Positions 27,912 to 37,121 of a stretch of 64,000 nt of DNA are shown piece after piece; position 1 is the first letter of the stretch; every line of letters begins with the position of its first letter. This stretch comes from an uncultured Gaiellaceae bacterium (GTDB taxonomy: Bacteria; Actinomycetota; Thermoleophilia; Gaiellales; Gaiellaceae). Under the pieces are notes generated by a model. The model was not told the DNA's origin. It ran no database searches and saw only the letters and a program-made list of their open reading frames with translations. The position numbers and the translations under genes were made by a program. Location: positions 358,257-422,256 of the forward strand of contig CAVTXQ010000010.1 of NCBI GenBank assembly GCA_963738795.1. The letters run 5' to 3'.

Positions 27912-28675
27912 CTACATGGAGGGAGTGATGCCGCCGTCGATGCGGATCGTGGTCCCGGTGATCGTGCCGGCGCGGGTGCTTGCGAGGAAGGCGACCAGGT
28001 CGCCGACCTCCTCAGGTGTTGTGAACCGGCCGATCGGTATTTCGGCGATCGTCTCGTCGACGACCGTCTGCGGGTCCGATCCGGTGCGAGCGGCCACGGT
28101 CGCGGCGACACCCGTGGGGCCGAGCCACAACGGCGTGCTGACCGGCCCCGGGGCGACACCGACAACGCGGACGCCGTGGCGTGCGAACTCGTGGGAGAGG
28201 CCGACGGTCAGGTTGTCCATGGCCGCCTTGCCTGCGCTGTACGCATAGATCGAGGTGCTGGGTAGGTGGCCGTTCACGCTCGAGATGTTCACGACCACGC
28301 CACCACCCTCGACGAGGTGCGGGAGCGCCGCACGGGTGGTGCGAATTGCCGTCATCAGGTTCAGCTCGATCACCTCCGCCCAGTGCGCGTCGGATTCGTA
28401 GGCGAAGCCTGTCGACGGACGTCCGCTGCCGACGTTGTTGACGAGGATGTCCAGTGAGCCCAGCCGCACGACCGTCTCGTCGACTGCACGGTCGGCGCCG
28501 CCGGGCTTGGACATGTCCAGTTGAAGGTGCGTGAGACCGGCGACCGCCGGAGGGGCGGAGCGGCTGGTGCCGAGTACGCGAGCGCCCTCGGCCAGCAGGG
28601 AGGTCGCGCACGCGAGCCCGATCCCCGACTCACACCGGTGACCAGCGCAGCCTTGCCTTCCAGACCGAGTTCCAC
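27912..28675 (-). CDS. short-chain dehydrogenase/reductase; frame broken near 28624
   Basis: The N-terminus MELGLEGKAALVTGVSRG (frame of 28370..28675) continues as IGLACATSLLAEGARVLG... in the frame of 27912..28514. Catalytic YSAGK motif present. The break is in a 4-G run where 5 Gs would restore the frame. Confidence 0.8.
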
Positions 28676-28745
28676 GAACCCACCCTAATCCGACTCCGCG
28701 GCACGCGAATCGCGGGCGGCAGCACCGGTCCGTCTCGAATGTGGT

Positions 28746-28777
28746 CGCCTGGGCCAGCGTTCGGGAATGTCCCCTGA
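28746..28777 (+). repeat. module-boundary repeat R10 (near-consensus)
   Basis: cgcctgggccagcgttcgggaatgtcccctga, in a divergent spacer. Its internal ATG is the start of the next track ORF. Confidence 0.8.
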
Positions 28778-29105
28778 GCGGAGGATGACCGTCGCGACGT
28801 CAACCACCGACGATGACTCGGTGGCGATGATTGCTCGTCGATCGGCTCGCGGGTCGGTGGCCGCAGCGGCTGTGGCCGTCGTCGCCGCGCTTTGGGCTCT
28901 GGTGCAGTGGGGCAGCGGGAGCCCGGGTCCTGCGCTTGTCGTGAGCGTGGTCGGCTGCCTCGTTGGGTTCGCTCTTGCGCTGGTCGCTGAGGCTGTCGGG
29001 GCAGACCGTCGCGACCTGAAGCTGGGACTTGCTGGCCTTGTCGGGAACGCGGTGATCGCCGCAGGTTGGGCTCTCGTGGTGGTCGCGGCTTGGATCGGGT
29101 CTTAG
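28767..29105 (+). CDS. small membrane protein (three predicted helices)
   Basis: 112-aa track ORF. The start is uncertain (ATG at 28767 lies inside repeat R10; the alternative is the ATG at 28785). Hydrophobic segments AAAAVAVVAALWALV, LVVSVVGCLVGFALALVA and VIAAGWALVVVAAWI. Confidence 0.45.
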   Translation: MSPERRMTVATSTTDDDSVAMIARRSARGSVAAAAVAVVAALWALVQWGSGSPGPALVVSVVGCLVGFALALVAEAVGADRRDLKLGLAGLVGNAVIAAGWALVVVAAWIGS

Positions 29106-29110
29106 CCACT

Positions 29111-29137
29111 CGCCTGCGCGAGCGTGCTTACGCCTGA
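29111..29137 (+). repeat. module-boundary repeat R11 (shortened terminal copy)
   Basis: cgcctgcgcgagcgtgcttacgcctga. Both ends of the consensus are kept and the central block is shortened. Confidence 0.5.
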
Positions 29138-29147
29138 AGCCCCGCGC

Positions 29148-30056
29148 CTAGACGATCAGCGGCCGGAGTGTGTTCCGCGCCAGCAGGAAGCCGCGCTTGA
29201 CGAGCTCCTCGTCGCCCTCGAAGCGGCGGTCCTCGTGCTCGATCGAGATCCACCGGTCGTAGCCGACGGCGTAGAGCGCCGCCAGGAACCGCGGCCAGTC
29301 GACCTCGCCGAGCCCCGGCAGCCGCGGCACCTGCCACCCCATCCCCGCCGACAACGTCCCGTGCCGGTAGAGGCCGTCGCGCCGGATCTCGAGGTCCTTC
29401 GCGTGGACGTGGAGGATCCGGTCGGCGAAGTCGTAGACGGCGCGCTCGTAGTCGATCATCAGCCAGACGAGATGCGACGGGTCGAGGTTGAGCCCGAAGC
29501 TCTCGTCCGGGATCGCCTCGAACATCTGCTCCCAGATCGCGGGCGACCAGGCGAGGTTGTTGCCGCCCGGCCACTCGTCCTCGCTGAAGATCATCGGGCA
29601 GTTCTCGATCGCGATCTTCACGCCCTGGTCGCCCGCGTGGCGGACGAGGTCGGGCCAGATCCGCGCGAAGCGCTCCAGGTTCTCCGCGAGCGGCCGGTCC
29701 TTGTCGTTGCCGACGAACGTCCCGACCACCTCGACCTCGAGCGCCGCGGCCGCGTCGACGACCTTGCGCAGGTGGCCGTTCACCTCTTCGCGGTGCGCGT
29801 CGTCCGGGTGGAGGTTGTTCGGGTAGTAGGCGAGCGACGAGATCTCGAGGCCGTGGCGGTCGAGGATGTCGCGCACCTCGCCCGCGTCGAACGAGTCGAC
29901 GTCGATGTGCGTGACGCCCGCGTAGCGCCGTTTCTCTCCCCCGCCGCCGGGCCAGCACGCGACCTCGAGCGACTCGAACCCCTCGCTCGCCGCCCAGGCT
30001 GCAACCTCGTCGAGCGAGAGATCGGGCAGCGCTGCCGTCAGGAAGCCGAGCTTCAC
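29148..30056 (-). CDS. sugar phosphate isomerase/epimerase (xylose-isomerase-like TIM barrel)
   Basis: 302-aa track ORF with a GTG start that overlaps the upstream stop (GTGA). Typical ...IAIENCP..., ...LDPSHL... and ...ISIEHED... segments. Confidence 0.85.
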   Translation of the reverse strand: MKLGFLTAALPDLSLDEVAAWAASEGFESLEVACWPGGGGEKRRYAGVTHIDVDSFDAGEVRDILDRHGLEISSLAYYPNNLHPDDAHREEVNGHLRKVVDAAAALEVEVVGTFVGNDKDRPLAENLERFARIWPDLVRHAGDQGVKIAIENCPMIFSEDEWPGGNNLAWSPAIWEQMFEAIPDESFGLNLDPSHLVWLMIDYERAVYDFADRILHVHAKDLEIRRDGLYRHGTLSAGMGWQVPRLPGLGEVDWPRFLAALYAVGYDRWISIEHEDRRFEGDEELVKRGFLLARNTLRPLIV

Positions 30057-31187
30057 CGTTCCACCTCGATCCAGCGCTCCTCCGCCGCCGAGCGGGCGAT
30101 CGCTTCGCCGAGCACGATCTCCTCGTGACCGTCGGCGAACGTCGGGAAGTCGGGCTCTGCGGGCATGCGTCCCTCCTCGACGGCGGCGTAGACCGCCCTG
30201 TAGAGCTGCTTGAACGTGTCAGGGAAGCCCTCGGCGTGACCGCCGGGGTAGTCGGTGAAGGCGGCGGCGCTCGAGTCGAGCTGGGCCGGGTCGCGCAGGA
30301 GGAGCTCGTTCGGCGCGGTCGCGGTGGCCGAGCCAGAGCTCCTCCGGACGCTCCGACGACCACGCCAGCGAGCCCTCGGCGCCGTCGAGCTCGAAGGCGA
30401 GGCAGTTCTTCCGGCCGGCCGCGAGCTGCGAGATCGTGACGTTGCCGCGCGAGCCGTCCTCGTAGCGGAGCAGGACGTGCGCCATGTCCTCCGACTCGAT
30501 CGCCCGGTCGACGCGCTCGACGTCGTCCTGGTCGCCCGCGAACGTCTCCACCGGCCCCGTCGGGACGCGCCGCGTCGCGTGGACGGTGTGCAGGTCGGCG
30601 AAGACGGACGCGATGCGCTTGCCGGTGACGAAGCTCGTCAGGTCGAGCCAGTGGGTGCCGATGTCGGCGACGGCGCGCAGCAACCCGCCCTGCTCCGGGT
30701 CGAGCCGCCAGTTCCAGTCGGTCGGCTTCAGCAGCCAGTCCTGGATGTAGACGCCGTGGACGCCGTGCACCGCGCCGAGGTCGCCGCGGCGCACACGCGC
30801 GCGGGCCTCCCGGCAGAGCGCGTAGAAGCGGATGTTGTAGTTCGTGCAGTGGACGAGCCCGCTCTCGTCGGCGAGCCGGAGCAGCTCGCCGGACTCCGCC
30901 GAGGTCAGCGCCAGCGGCTTCTCGCAGACGACGTGCTTGCCCGCCGCGAGCACGGCCTTCACCTGCGGGTAGTGGAGATGGTTCGGAGTCGTCAGGTGGA
31001 CGACGCGCACGCGGTCGTCGTCGAGCATCGCCTCGAAGCTCTCGTAGGGCTCCGGCAGTTCGGGCTTCTCGCGCGCCCGCGCGGGCGACGAGCCGACGAC
31101 GCCCGTCACCTCGACGCCGAGCCGTCGGAGCGCCTCGACATGGACGACGCCGATGAACCCGGTCCCGACGACGGCCGCTCCGATCAC
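30053..31187 (-). CDS. Gfo/Idh/MocA-family oxidoreductase; frame broken near 30314
   Basis: N-terminal 290 aa are in track ORF 30219..31187 (MIGAAVVGTGFIGVVHVEAL...). My translation of the shifted frame gives RPNELLLRDPAQLD...FPDTFKQLYRAVY...ERWIEVER, ending at the TGA at 30053. Confidence 0.8.
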
Positions 31188-31223
31188 GCGCCGACTCTAT
31201 CCGCGCTCAGAGAAGATGACGCG

Positions 31224-31910
31224 GTGGAGGGGAAGCTCGCAGTCGTCACCGGATCGGCCGGCGGGATCGGCAGCGCCGTGGCCGCTGCGTTCGCCGACGC
31301 GGGAGCCGAGGTCGTCGGGCTCGACCGCGAGCAGGCCGACCTGACCCAGCCGGACGAGGTGGCGGCATTCTTCGCGGAGCTCCCTCGGCTCGACGTCCTC
31401 TTCAACGGCGCCGGCATCAGCGGCCGCTCGCTGGGCGACGGGCCGGTCGACGAGTGCACGGTCGAGGGCTGGAACGCCGTGCTCGCGACGAACCTGACGA
31501 GCGTCTTCCTCTGCTCGAAGCACGCAATCCCGCTGCTGCGGGCGGCCGGCGGCGGCGCGATCGTCAACCTCTCGTCGGTCATGGGGATCATGGCCGGCGA
31601 CGACGACTTCTCGACGCACGCCTATCAGGTGAGCAAGGGCGGGATCATCACGCTGACGCGGTCGATGGCCTTCCACTACGGGCGTGACGGGATCCGCGTC
31701 AACGCGATCGCGCCCGGGCTGATCGCGACGCCGATGAGCGCGCGGGCACAGTCCGATCCCGCGATCGTCGCGAGGTTGCCGGAGCTCCATCCACTCACGG
31801 GAGACTTCGGGCAGCCCGCGGATGTGGCCGGGGCCGCGCTCTTCCTCGCGACGGCGCCGTTCGTCACCGGCACGGTGCTGACCGTCGACGGCGGGTGGGC
31901 GCTCGGATGA
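31224..31910 (+). CDS. short-chain dehydrogenase/reductase
   Basis: Frame of track ORF 30255..31910, starting at the GTG at 31224 (VEGKLAVVTGSAGGIGSAV...). YQVSK catalytic motif. Confidence 0.8.
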   Translation: MEGKLAVVTGSAGGIGSAVAAAFADAGAEVVGLDREQADLTQPDEVAAFFAELPRLDVLFNGAGISGRSLGDGPVDECTVEGWNAVLATNLTSVFLCSKHAIPLLRAAGGGAIVNLSSVMGIMAGDDDFSTHAYQVSKGGIITLTRSMAFHYGRDGIRVNAIAPGLIATPMSARAQSDPAIVARLPELHPLTGDFGQPADVAGAALFLATAPFVTGTVLTVDGGWALG

Positions 31911-32704
31911 GGCAGCTCGGGCTCGACCTCGGCGCGACCTACATCAAGTGGGTCGTGCTCGAGGAGGACGAGGTCGTGGCGGATGGAAAGCTCGAGACCC
32001 GCGCCGTCCATGGTCCGGCGGCGGTGGTCGGGCGGCTGACGTCGGTCGGCGCAGTGGCCGGAGCGGTGGACACGGTCGGGATCGGCGTTCCCGGCATGTT
32101 CGACGCCGAACTCGGCGTCGCCACGTTCCTCCCGAATCTGCCCGGCGACTGGGAGAAGGTTCCACTCGTCGCCCGCGTCGCGGCTGCGATCGGCGCACCG
32201 GTCGCGCTGATCAACGACGCGCGGGCGTTCGCGCTGGCGGAGTCGGAGCTCGGCGCCGCCCGTGGCTGCGACACGGCCGTTTTCGTCGCCGTCGGCACCG
32301 GTGTCGGCGGCGGCATCACCGTCGGCGGCCGCCTCCACCAGGGCTGGGCGGGCCGCGCGGGCGAGATCGGCCACATGACGATCGCCGAGAAGGGCCCACC
32401 CTGCACGTGCGGCAACCGTGGCTGTGTCGAGGCGCTCGTTCGTGAGGCGCTCGCCGCCCGCCGGCTGCGACGGGCCGGTCAGCTGCTCGGCATCGGCGTC
32501 GCGAACGCGATCGCGCTGCTCGCGCCCGACCGCGTCGTCGTCGGCGGCGGGGTCGGCTCCACCGGTGAGAAGCTGCTCGAGCCCCTCCGGCAAGAGGTCG
32601 CTCGGCGCAGTTTCGTCTCCGTGCCGGTCGAGATCGTGCAGGCGGAGCTGGGCGTAAAGGCGGGCGCGATCGGGGCGGCGCTACGCGGCGCCGGCCGTGG
32701 CTAG
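31907..32704 (+). CDS. ROK-family sugar kinase
   Basis: ATG at 31907 overlaps the SDR stop (ATGA). MRQLGLDLGATYIKW..., zinc motif CTCGNRGCVE. 265 aa. Confidence 0.75.
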   Translation: MRQLGLDLGATYIKWVVLEEDEVVADGKLETRAVHGPAAVVGRLTSVGAVAGAVDTVGIGVPGMFDAELGVATFLPNLPGDWEKVPLVARVAAAIGAPVALINDARAFALAESELGAARGCDTAVFVAVGTGVGGGITVGGRLHQGWAGRAGEIGHMTIAEKGPPCTCGNRGCVEALVREALAARRLRRAGQLLGIGVANAIALLAPDRVVVGGGVGSTGEKLLEPLRQEVARRSFVSVPVEIVQAELGVKAGAIGAALRGAGRG

Positions 32705-33409
32705 ACCGGCCTTGCGCGCCTTGAAGTCCTCGAGGATCGCCTCGGTCGCGGTCGCGCCGATCCGCGTGACGCCGACGTTCATCACCTCGAGCAAGGCGTC
32801 GAGCGTGCGCACACCGCCGGCCGCCTTCACCTGCACGTGAGCCGGGCTGTGCTCGCGCATCAGCTTCAGATCCTCGATCGTGGCTCCGGACGAGGCGAAC
32901 CCGGTCGACGTCTTGACGAAGCCGGCACCCGCGGCGGCGGTCAGCTCGCAGGCGCGGATCTTCTGTGCGTCGTCGAGGTACGCGTTCTCGAAGATCACCT
33001 TGACGAGGCGGCCCTGCGCGGCGTCGACGACCGCGCGGATGTCGCGCTCGACGTACGCGTCCTCGCCGGAGATGAGGCGGCCGATGTTCAGCACCATGTC
33101 GATCTCGTGGGCACCCGCCGCGATCAGCTCCTCGGTCTCGGCGGCCTTCGTCGCCGTCGTGTGGCTCCCGTGCGGGAAGCCGACGACGGTGGAGACGAGC
33201 ACGTCCGATCCCGCGACCAGCTCTGCAGCCGTCGCCACGTCGGCCGGACGCACCGTCGCCGACGCGACGTCGTAGCGGACGGCGAGCTCGACGCCCTCGC
33301 GCACACTCACGAGGTCGAGCTCGGGGCGCAGCAGCGAGTGGTCGATCGTCTTCGCGACGTCGCGGTACTCCAGGCTGTCGATCTCGATCACGGTGCGAGG
33401 ATACGCCAA
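32681..33409 (-). CDS. deoC: deoxyribose-phosphate aldolase
   Basis: 242 aa. IDHSLLRPE..., ...EIDMVLNIG..., ...FVKTSTGF... (Schiff-base lysine context), as in DeoC. Confidence 0.8.
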   Translation of the reverse strand: MAYPRTVIEIDSLEYRDVAKTIDHSLLRPELDLVSVREGVELAVRYDVASATVRPADVATAAELVAGSDVLVSTVVGFPHGSHTTATKAAETEELIAAGAHEIDMVLNIGRLISGEDAYVERDIRAVVDAAQGRLVKVIFENAYLDDAQKIRACELTAAAGAGFVKTSTGFASSGATIEDLKLMREHSPAHVQVKAAGGVRTLDALLEVMNVGVTRIGATATEAILEDFKARKAGLATAGAA

Positions 33410-34412
33410 TGACTCTGCTGCGCACGACCGTGATCGGCAGCTACCCGTTCCCCGGCTGGCTCGAGCACGCCGCCGAGCACCTCGACCGCTTCGGGCCCGA
33501 CGACATCGCCGAGCTGCAGGAGGACGCCGTCATCGCCGCCGTGCACGACCAGGTCGCGGCCGGGCTCGACGCGATCACGGACGGCGAGCAGACGCGGCTC
33601 GACTTCAACCTCGGCTTCTACGGCTTCCTCGAGGGGATCGAGCAGGGCGACGCGCCGCGCCGCTTCGGCCCGCCCGCGCACGACCAGCGCGGGAAGCACC
33701 GGATCGTCGGCGAGCTCGCCGCGCCGCGCGGCCTCGGCACGGTCGAGGAGTTCGAGCGCCTGCGGCGCGTCGCGCCACCCGGGCCGACGCTGAAGGTCGC
33801 GTCCCCGGCCCGTACACGCTCGCCGGCCGGCTCGAAGGCGACCGCTGGGAGACGGCGGAGGCGCTGCTGCCGATCGTGCAGGCGGAGCTCGCCGCGCTCG
33901 CGGACGCCGGCTGCGCCGAGATCGCAGTCGACGAGCCGTCGATGAGCTGCTACGCCCACCGCGAGGATCCGGAGCGGCTCGTCGACCTGTTCAACCGCAC
34001 CGTCGCGCCGGTCGCCGGCCGCGCACGGCTCTCGACGCATCTCTGCTTCGGCAACTACAAGGGCCGCGCCGTCGCGCCGCGGCAGTATGCACCGCTCTTC
34101 CCGGCCTTCCTCGACGTCGCCGTCGACGAGATCCACCTCGAGATGGCGAGCCGCGAGTTCGCCGAGGTGGAGCTCGTCGGCACGATCGCGGAGACGAAGG
34201 ACGTCGCCGTCGGCGTGATCGACGTCAAGAGCTACTACGTCGAGACGCCCGAGGACGTGGCCGCGCGCGTGCGGCGGTTCACGCAGCTCGCGCCGCCGGA
34301 GCGGCTCGCCTTCTCGACCGACTGCGGCCTCAGCCAGACCGCGCGCTGGGCGGCGAAGCAGAAGCTCGCGAACCTGGTCGCCGGCGTCCGGATCGTGCGC
34401 GACGAGCTGTGA
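33409..34412 (+). CDS. cobalamin-independent methionine synthase II-like (MetE C-terminal domain family) protein; frame broken near 33800
   Basis: The N-terminus in track ORF 33409..33945 (MTLLRTTVIGSYPFPGWL...) continues in the frame of 33393..34412 (VPGPYTLAGRL...AEIAVDEPS...THLCFGN...FSTDCGL). Confidence 0.75.
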
Positions 34413-35121
34413 TCGAGCCGTCCGCCGGCGGCACCCACGTCTGGTGGCTCGGGCAGAGCGGCTTCCTGATCGGTCACGAGGGCCGGCACCTGCTCGTCGA
34501 TCCTTATCTCTCCGACTCGCTGACCGCGAAGTACGAGGGCACCGAGACGCCGCACGTCCGGATGCACCCGCGGGTCGTCGCGCCCGAGCAGCTCCGGTTC
34601 GTCGACGTCGTCCTCTCGACGCACGGCCACACCGACCACCTCGACGCCGAGACGCTGCGCGCGGTCGGGGCGCCGCTCGTCGCACCGGCGCGCATCGTCG
34701 ACCTCGCGCGCGAGCGCAGCGGCGGTGAGGTGACGCCGATCTCCGAAGGCGAGACCGTCGAGATCGGCGGCTTCCGCATCGAGGCAGTCCCGGCCGAGCA
34801 TCCCGGCGAGCACTGCGTCGGCTACGTGATCGGGGCCGGCGGGCGCACGGCTCTACCACTCGGGCGACACGACCTGGGTCGACCCCGGCGTGCGCGGCGT
34901 CGACGTCGCCTGCCTCCCGATCAACGGCAAGCTCGACAACCTCGACGGCCCGGAGGCGGCTCGGCTCGCGCACCTGGTCGAAGCCGCGCTCGCCGTCCCG
35001 TGCCACTACGACATGTTCGAGTTCAACACGGCGACGCCCGACGCGTTCGTCGCCGAGTGCCGAGCGCCTGGGCCAGCCCTACCGGGTGCTCGCGCTGGGC
35101 GAGCGGCTCACGCTGGGTTGA
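34409..35121 (+). CDS. MBL-fold metallo-hydrolase; two frame breaks (about 34850 and 35067)
   Basis: Track ORF 34409.. (THVWWLGQSGFLI...STHGHTDHLD) continues in the frame of 34890..35303 (LYHSGDTTWVDP...VPCHYDMFEF...). A third frame gives LGQPYRVLALGERLTLG ending at the TGA at 35119-35121. Confidence 0.65.
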
Positions 35122-35545
35122 GGAAGCGGAAGAGCGCTTCCGCGACGCAGGCCGGCTTCTCCTGCCCTTCGAGCTCGATCGTCCCGGAGACGCGCGCCTG
35201 CTTGCCGAACGCGACCTCCTCGACGTCCTCGACCGTGAAGCGGCCCCGGATGCGCGCGCCCGACGGCACCGGCGAGGTGAAGCGGACGCGGTTGAGCCCG
35301 TAGTTGAGCGTCATTCCGTAGCCGTCCAGGGGCGGCAGCGCCTCCGCGAACATCGGCACGACGAGCGAGAGCGTCAGGAAGCCGTGCGCGATCGTCGTCC
35401 CGAACGGCCCCGCGGCCGCGGCCTCCGGATCGGTGTGGATCCACTGTGCGTCGTCGGTCGCGTGGGCGAACTCGTCGATCCGCGCCTGCTCGATCGTGCG
35501 CCACTCGGACACGAGCTCCTGCCCGATCAGATCCTCGATCACCAC
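35108..35545 (-). CDS. MaoC-family dehydratase
   Basis: 145-aa track ORF. Hot-dog-fold signature FAHATDDAQWIHTDPEAA...TIAHGFLTLSL. Confidence 0.85.
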   Translation of the reverse strand: MVIEDLIGQELVSEWRTIEQARIDEFAHATDDAQWIHTDPEAAAAGPFGTTIAHGFLTLSLVVPMFAEALPPLDGYGMTLNYGLNRVRFTSPVPSGARIRGRFTVEDVEEVAFGKQARVSGTIELEGQEKPACVAEALFRFLNPA

Positions 35546-36528
35546 TTGATCACCGAGGCCGCCCAGGTGTAGCCGGTGCCCGCCGCCAACAGCAGGACGA
35601 GATCGCCGTCCGAGAGCTCGCCGGCGCGGTCGGCGCGGTCGAGCCCGAGCAGCGAGTCGACCCCGCTCATGTGGCCGGTGTCGTCGAGGTACGCCGCCTG
35701 CGGGCTCCCGAGCGCGGAGACGATCGCGTCGTGCATCGAGCGCTTCATGTGGATCCCGCAGAGGTAGGACACGTCGTCGAGTGTCGCACCCGAGCGCTCG
35801 ACCGCGCCGCGCGCGGCGGCGACGAAGTTCGGCAGGCTGACCTCGTCGAGCCCGCCTTTCATCTCCGCCGGGTCGGCGACGTCGAGGAAGTGACGGCGGC
35901 CGGCGACGCTCTCGGCGGACGCGGGCTCGACCGAGCCGCCGGCCGGCACCTTCACCTGCAGCGAGAAGGAGCCGTCGGTGAGCGCGTGGCAGCCGAGCAG
36001 CTCGTGACCGCCGTCGCGCGTCAGCAGCCCGGCGACGGCCCCGTCACCGAAGTTGAACATGAAGCGCGAGCGCTTGTTCCCGTAGTCGAGCAGGTGCGAC
36101 TCGCGGCAGGCCGCGACGACCAGCACGTTACGGAGGTCGGGCTCCGCGAGCAGGAAGTTGCGGGCGAGCCGGAGCGCCACCGGCGTCCCGCAGGAGACGT
36201 TCGCGTACTCGAGCGCGTACGCGTTGACGCAGCCGAGCCGGTGCGCGATCCACGGCGCCGCCTGCCAGACCGGATAGTCCTTCCAGAGCGAGCCGTAGTA
36301 GATGACCACGTCGATCTCGGCCGGATCGACGTCGTGCTGGCCGAGCAGGCGCGACGCCGCCTCGACCGACATGTCGCTGACGTGCTCGTCGGCCGCCGCG
36401 ATGTGCTTCCCGCGCAGCCCGAACTTCTCCAGGATCACCTGCTCCGGGATCCCGCTCGCCACCGAGATCTCGGCGGCGCTCATCCAGGATTCCGGGAGGT
36501 AGGTCGCCGTCGCGGCGAGCCCGATCAC
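35539..36528 (-). CDS. 3-oxoacyl-ACP synthase III (FabH/KAS III)-like protein
   Basis: Track ORF 35539..36666, trimmed to the GTG at 36528, which overlaps the TetR stop. 329 aa, with ...NVSCGTPVAL... and ...AGTGYTWAA... segments. Confidence 0.8.
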   Translation of the reverse strand: MIGLAATATYLPESWMSAAEISVASGIPEQVILEKFGLRGKHIAAADEHVSDMSVEAASRLLGQHDVDPAEIDVVIYYGSLWKDYPVWQAAPWIAHRLGCVNAYALEYANVSCGTPVALRLARNFLLAEPDLRNVLVVAACRESHLLDYGNKRSRFMFNFGDGAVAGLLTRDGGHELLGCHALTDGSFSLQVKVPAGGSVEPASAESVAGRRHFLDVADPAEMKGGLDEVSLPNFVAAARGAVERSGATLDDVSYLCGIHMKRSMHDAIVSALGSPQAAYLDDTGHMSGVDSLLGLDRADRAGELSDGDLVLLLAAGTGYTWAASVIKW

Positions 36529-37121
36529 GCGGGCTCGCCCTCGACGCCGAGCATCCGAACGATGATGTGCGCCAGCTCCTCGAAGACCTCGTCCGACATC
36601 TCCTGCTCGCCGTTCCAGAGGATCCAGCGCATGCCGACGAGCTCGCCGATCCCCATCAGGCTCCACGCGAGCACCTCGGCGTCGCCGCGCGCGACCTCGC
36701 CGGCCTCCATCGCCTGCTCGAGCCCGGCGGCGTACGGCCGCATCAGCCGCTCGTAGTGCGTCACGAGCGTCTCGGGCGAGACGAACTCGGCCTGGCGAAT
36801 GATCCGGTAGAGCGCCGGATGCTCGGCGGTGAAGCGGAAGAACGCGCTGAAGCCGAGCAGCTCCCGCTCCGCGCGCGTGACGCCCTTCTCCGACGCCTCG
36901 GTCATCGCATGCCGGACGCGCAGGTTCAGGTCGAGCACGACCTCGTCGAAGACTTCCTTCTTGCTCGGGAAGTAGAGGTAGAACGTCCCCTGTCCGACAC
37001 CGGCCGCCTCGGTGATCTTCACGATCGAGGCGTCGTGGTAGCCGACCTCGGCGAAGATCCGCTCGGCCGACTCGAGCAGCTTCCGGCGGGTGCGCTCGCC
37101 GCGTGCCGTCAGCTGCTTCAC
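36525..37121 (-). CDS. TetR/AcrR-family transcriptional regulator
   Basis: Frame of track ORF 36525..37961, starting at the GTG at 37121, which overlaps the upstream stop. HTH segment RRKLLESAERIFAEVGYHDASIVKITEAAGVGQGTFYLYF. Confidence 0.85.
   Translation of the reverse strand: MKQLTARGERTRRKLLESAERIFAEVGYHDASIVKITEAAGVGQGTFYLYFPSKKEVFDEVVLDLNLRVRHAMTEASEKGVTRAERELLGFSAFFRFTAEHPALYRIIRQAEFVSPETLVTHYERLMRPYAAGLEQAMEAGEVARGDAEVLAWSLMGIGELVGMRWILWNGEQEMSDEVFEELAHIIVRMLGVEGEPA

Noticed and set aside
20914-29137. The twelve ~30-bp repeats as a CRISPR array.
   Set aside because: - The spacers are 365-1267 bp and each contains a complete gene.
- The repeats are imperfect.
- No cas genes are in the window.
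20914-29137. The boundary repeat as a shared promoter, operator or terminator of the flanking genes.
   Set aside because: - Its orientation is constant while gene orientation alternates.
- Well-conserved copies sit in convergent spacers (R2, R4, R7), where no promoter is needed, and in divergent spacers, where no terminator is needed.
- I found no consistent -10 element at fixed distance on either strand and no conserved hairpin.
31907-32704. The ROK kinase looks short after its CxCGxxGC zinc motif, suggesting an internal deletion.
   Set aside because: - About 90 residues follow the motif, and the C-terminal GGGV segment is present.
- This is within the range I remember for ROK kinases, so there is no solid evidence for a deletion.
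35065-35077. A 13-nt match (CGCCTGGGCCAGC) to the 5' end of the boundary repeat, inside the MBL hydrolase gene and next to an inferred frame break.
   Set aside because: - Only the first 13 nt match.
- It lies in coding sequence (ECRA-LGQPY).
- Such GC-rich 13-mers are plausible by chance in this genome. I do not count it as a repeat copy.
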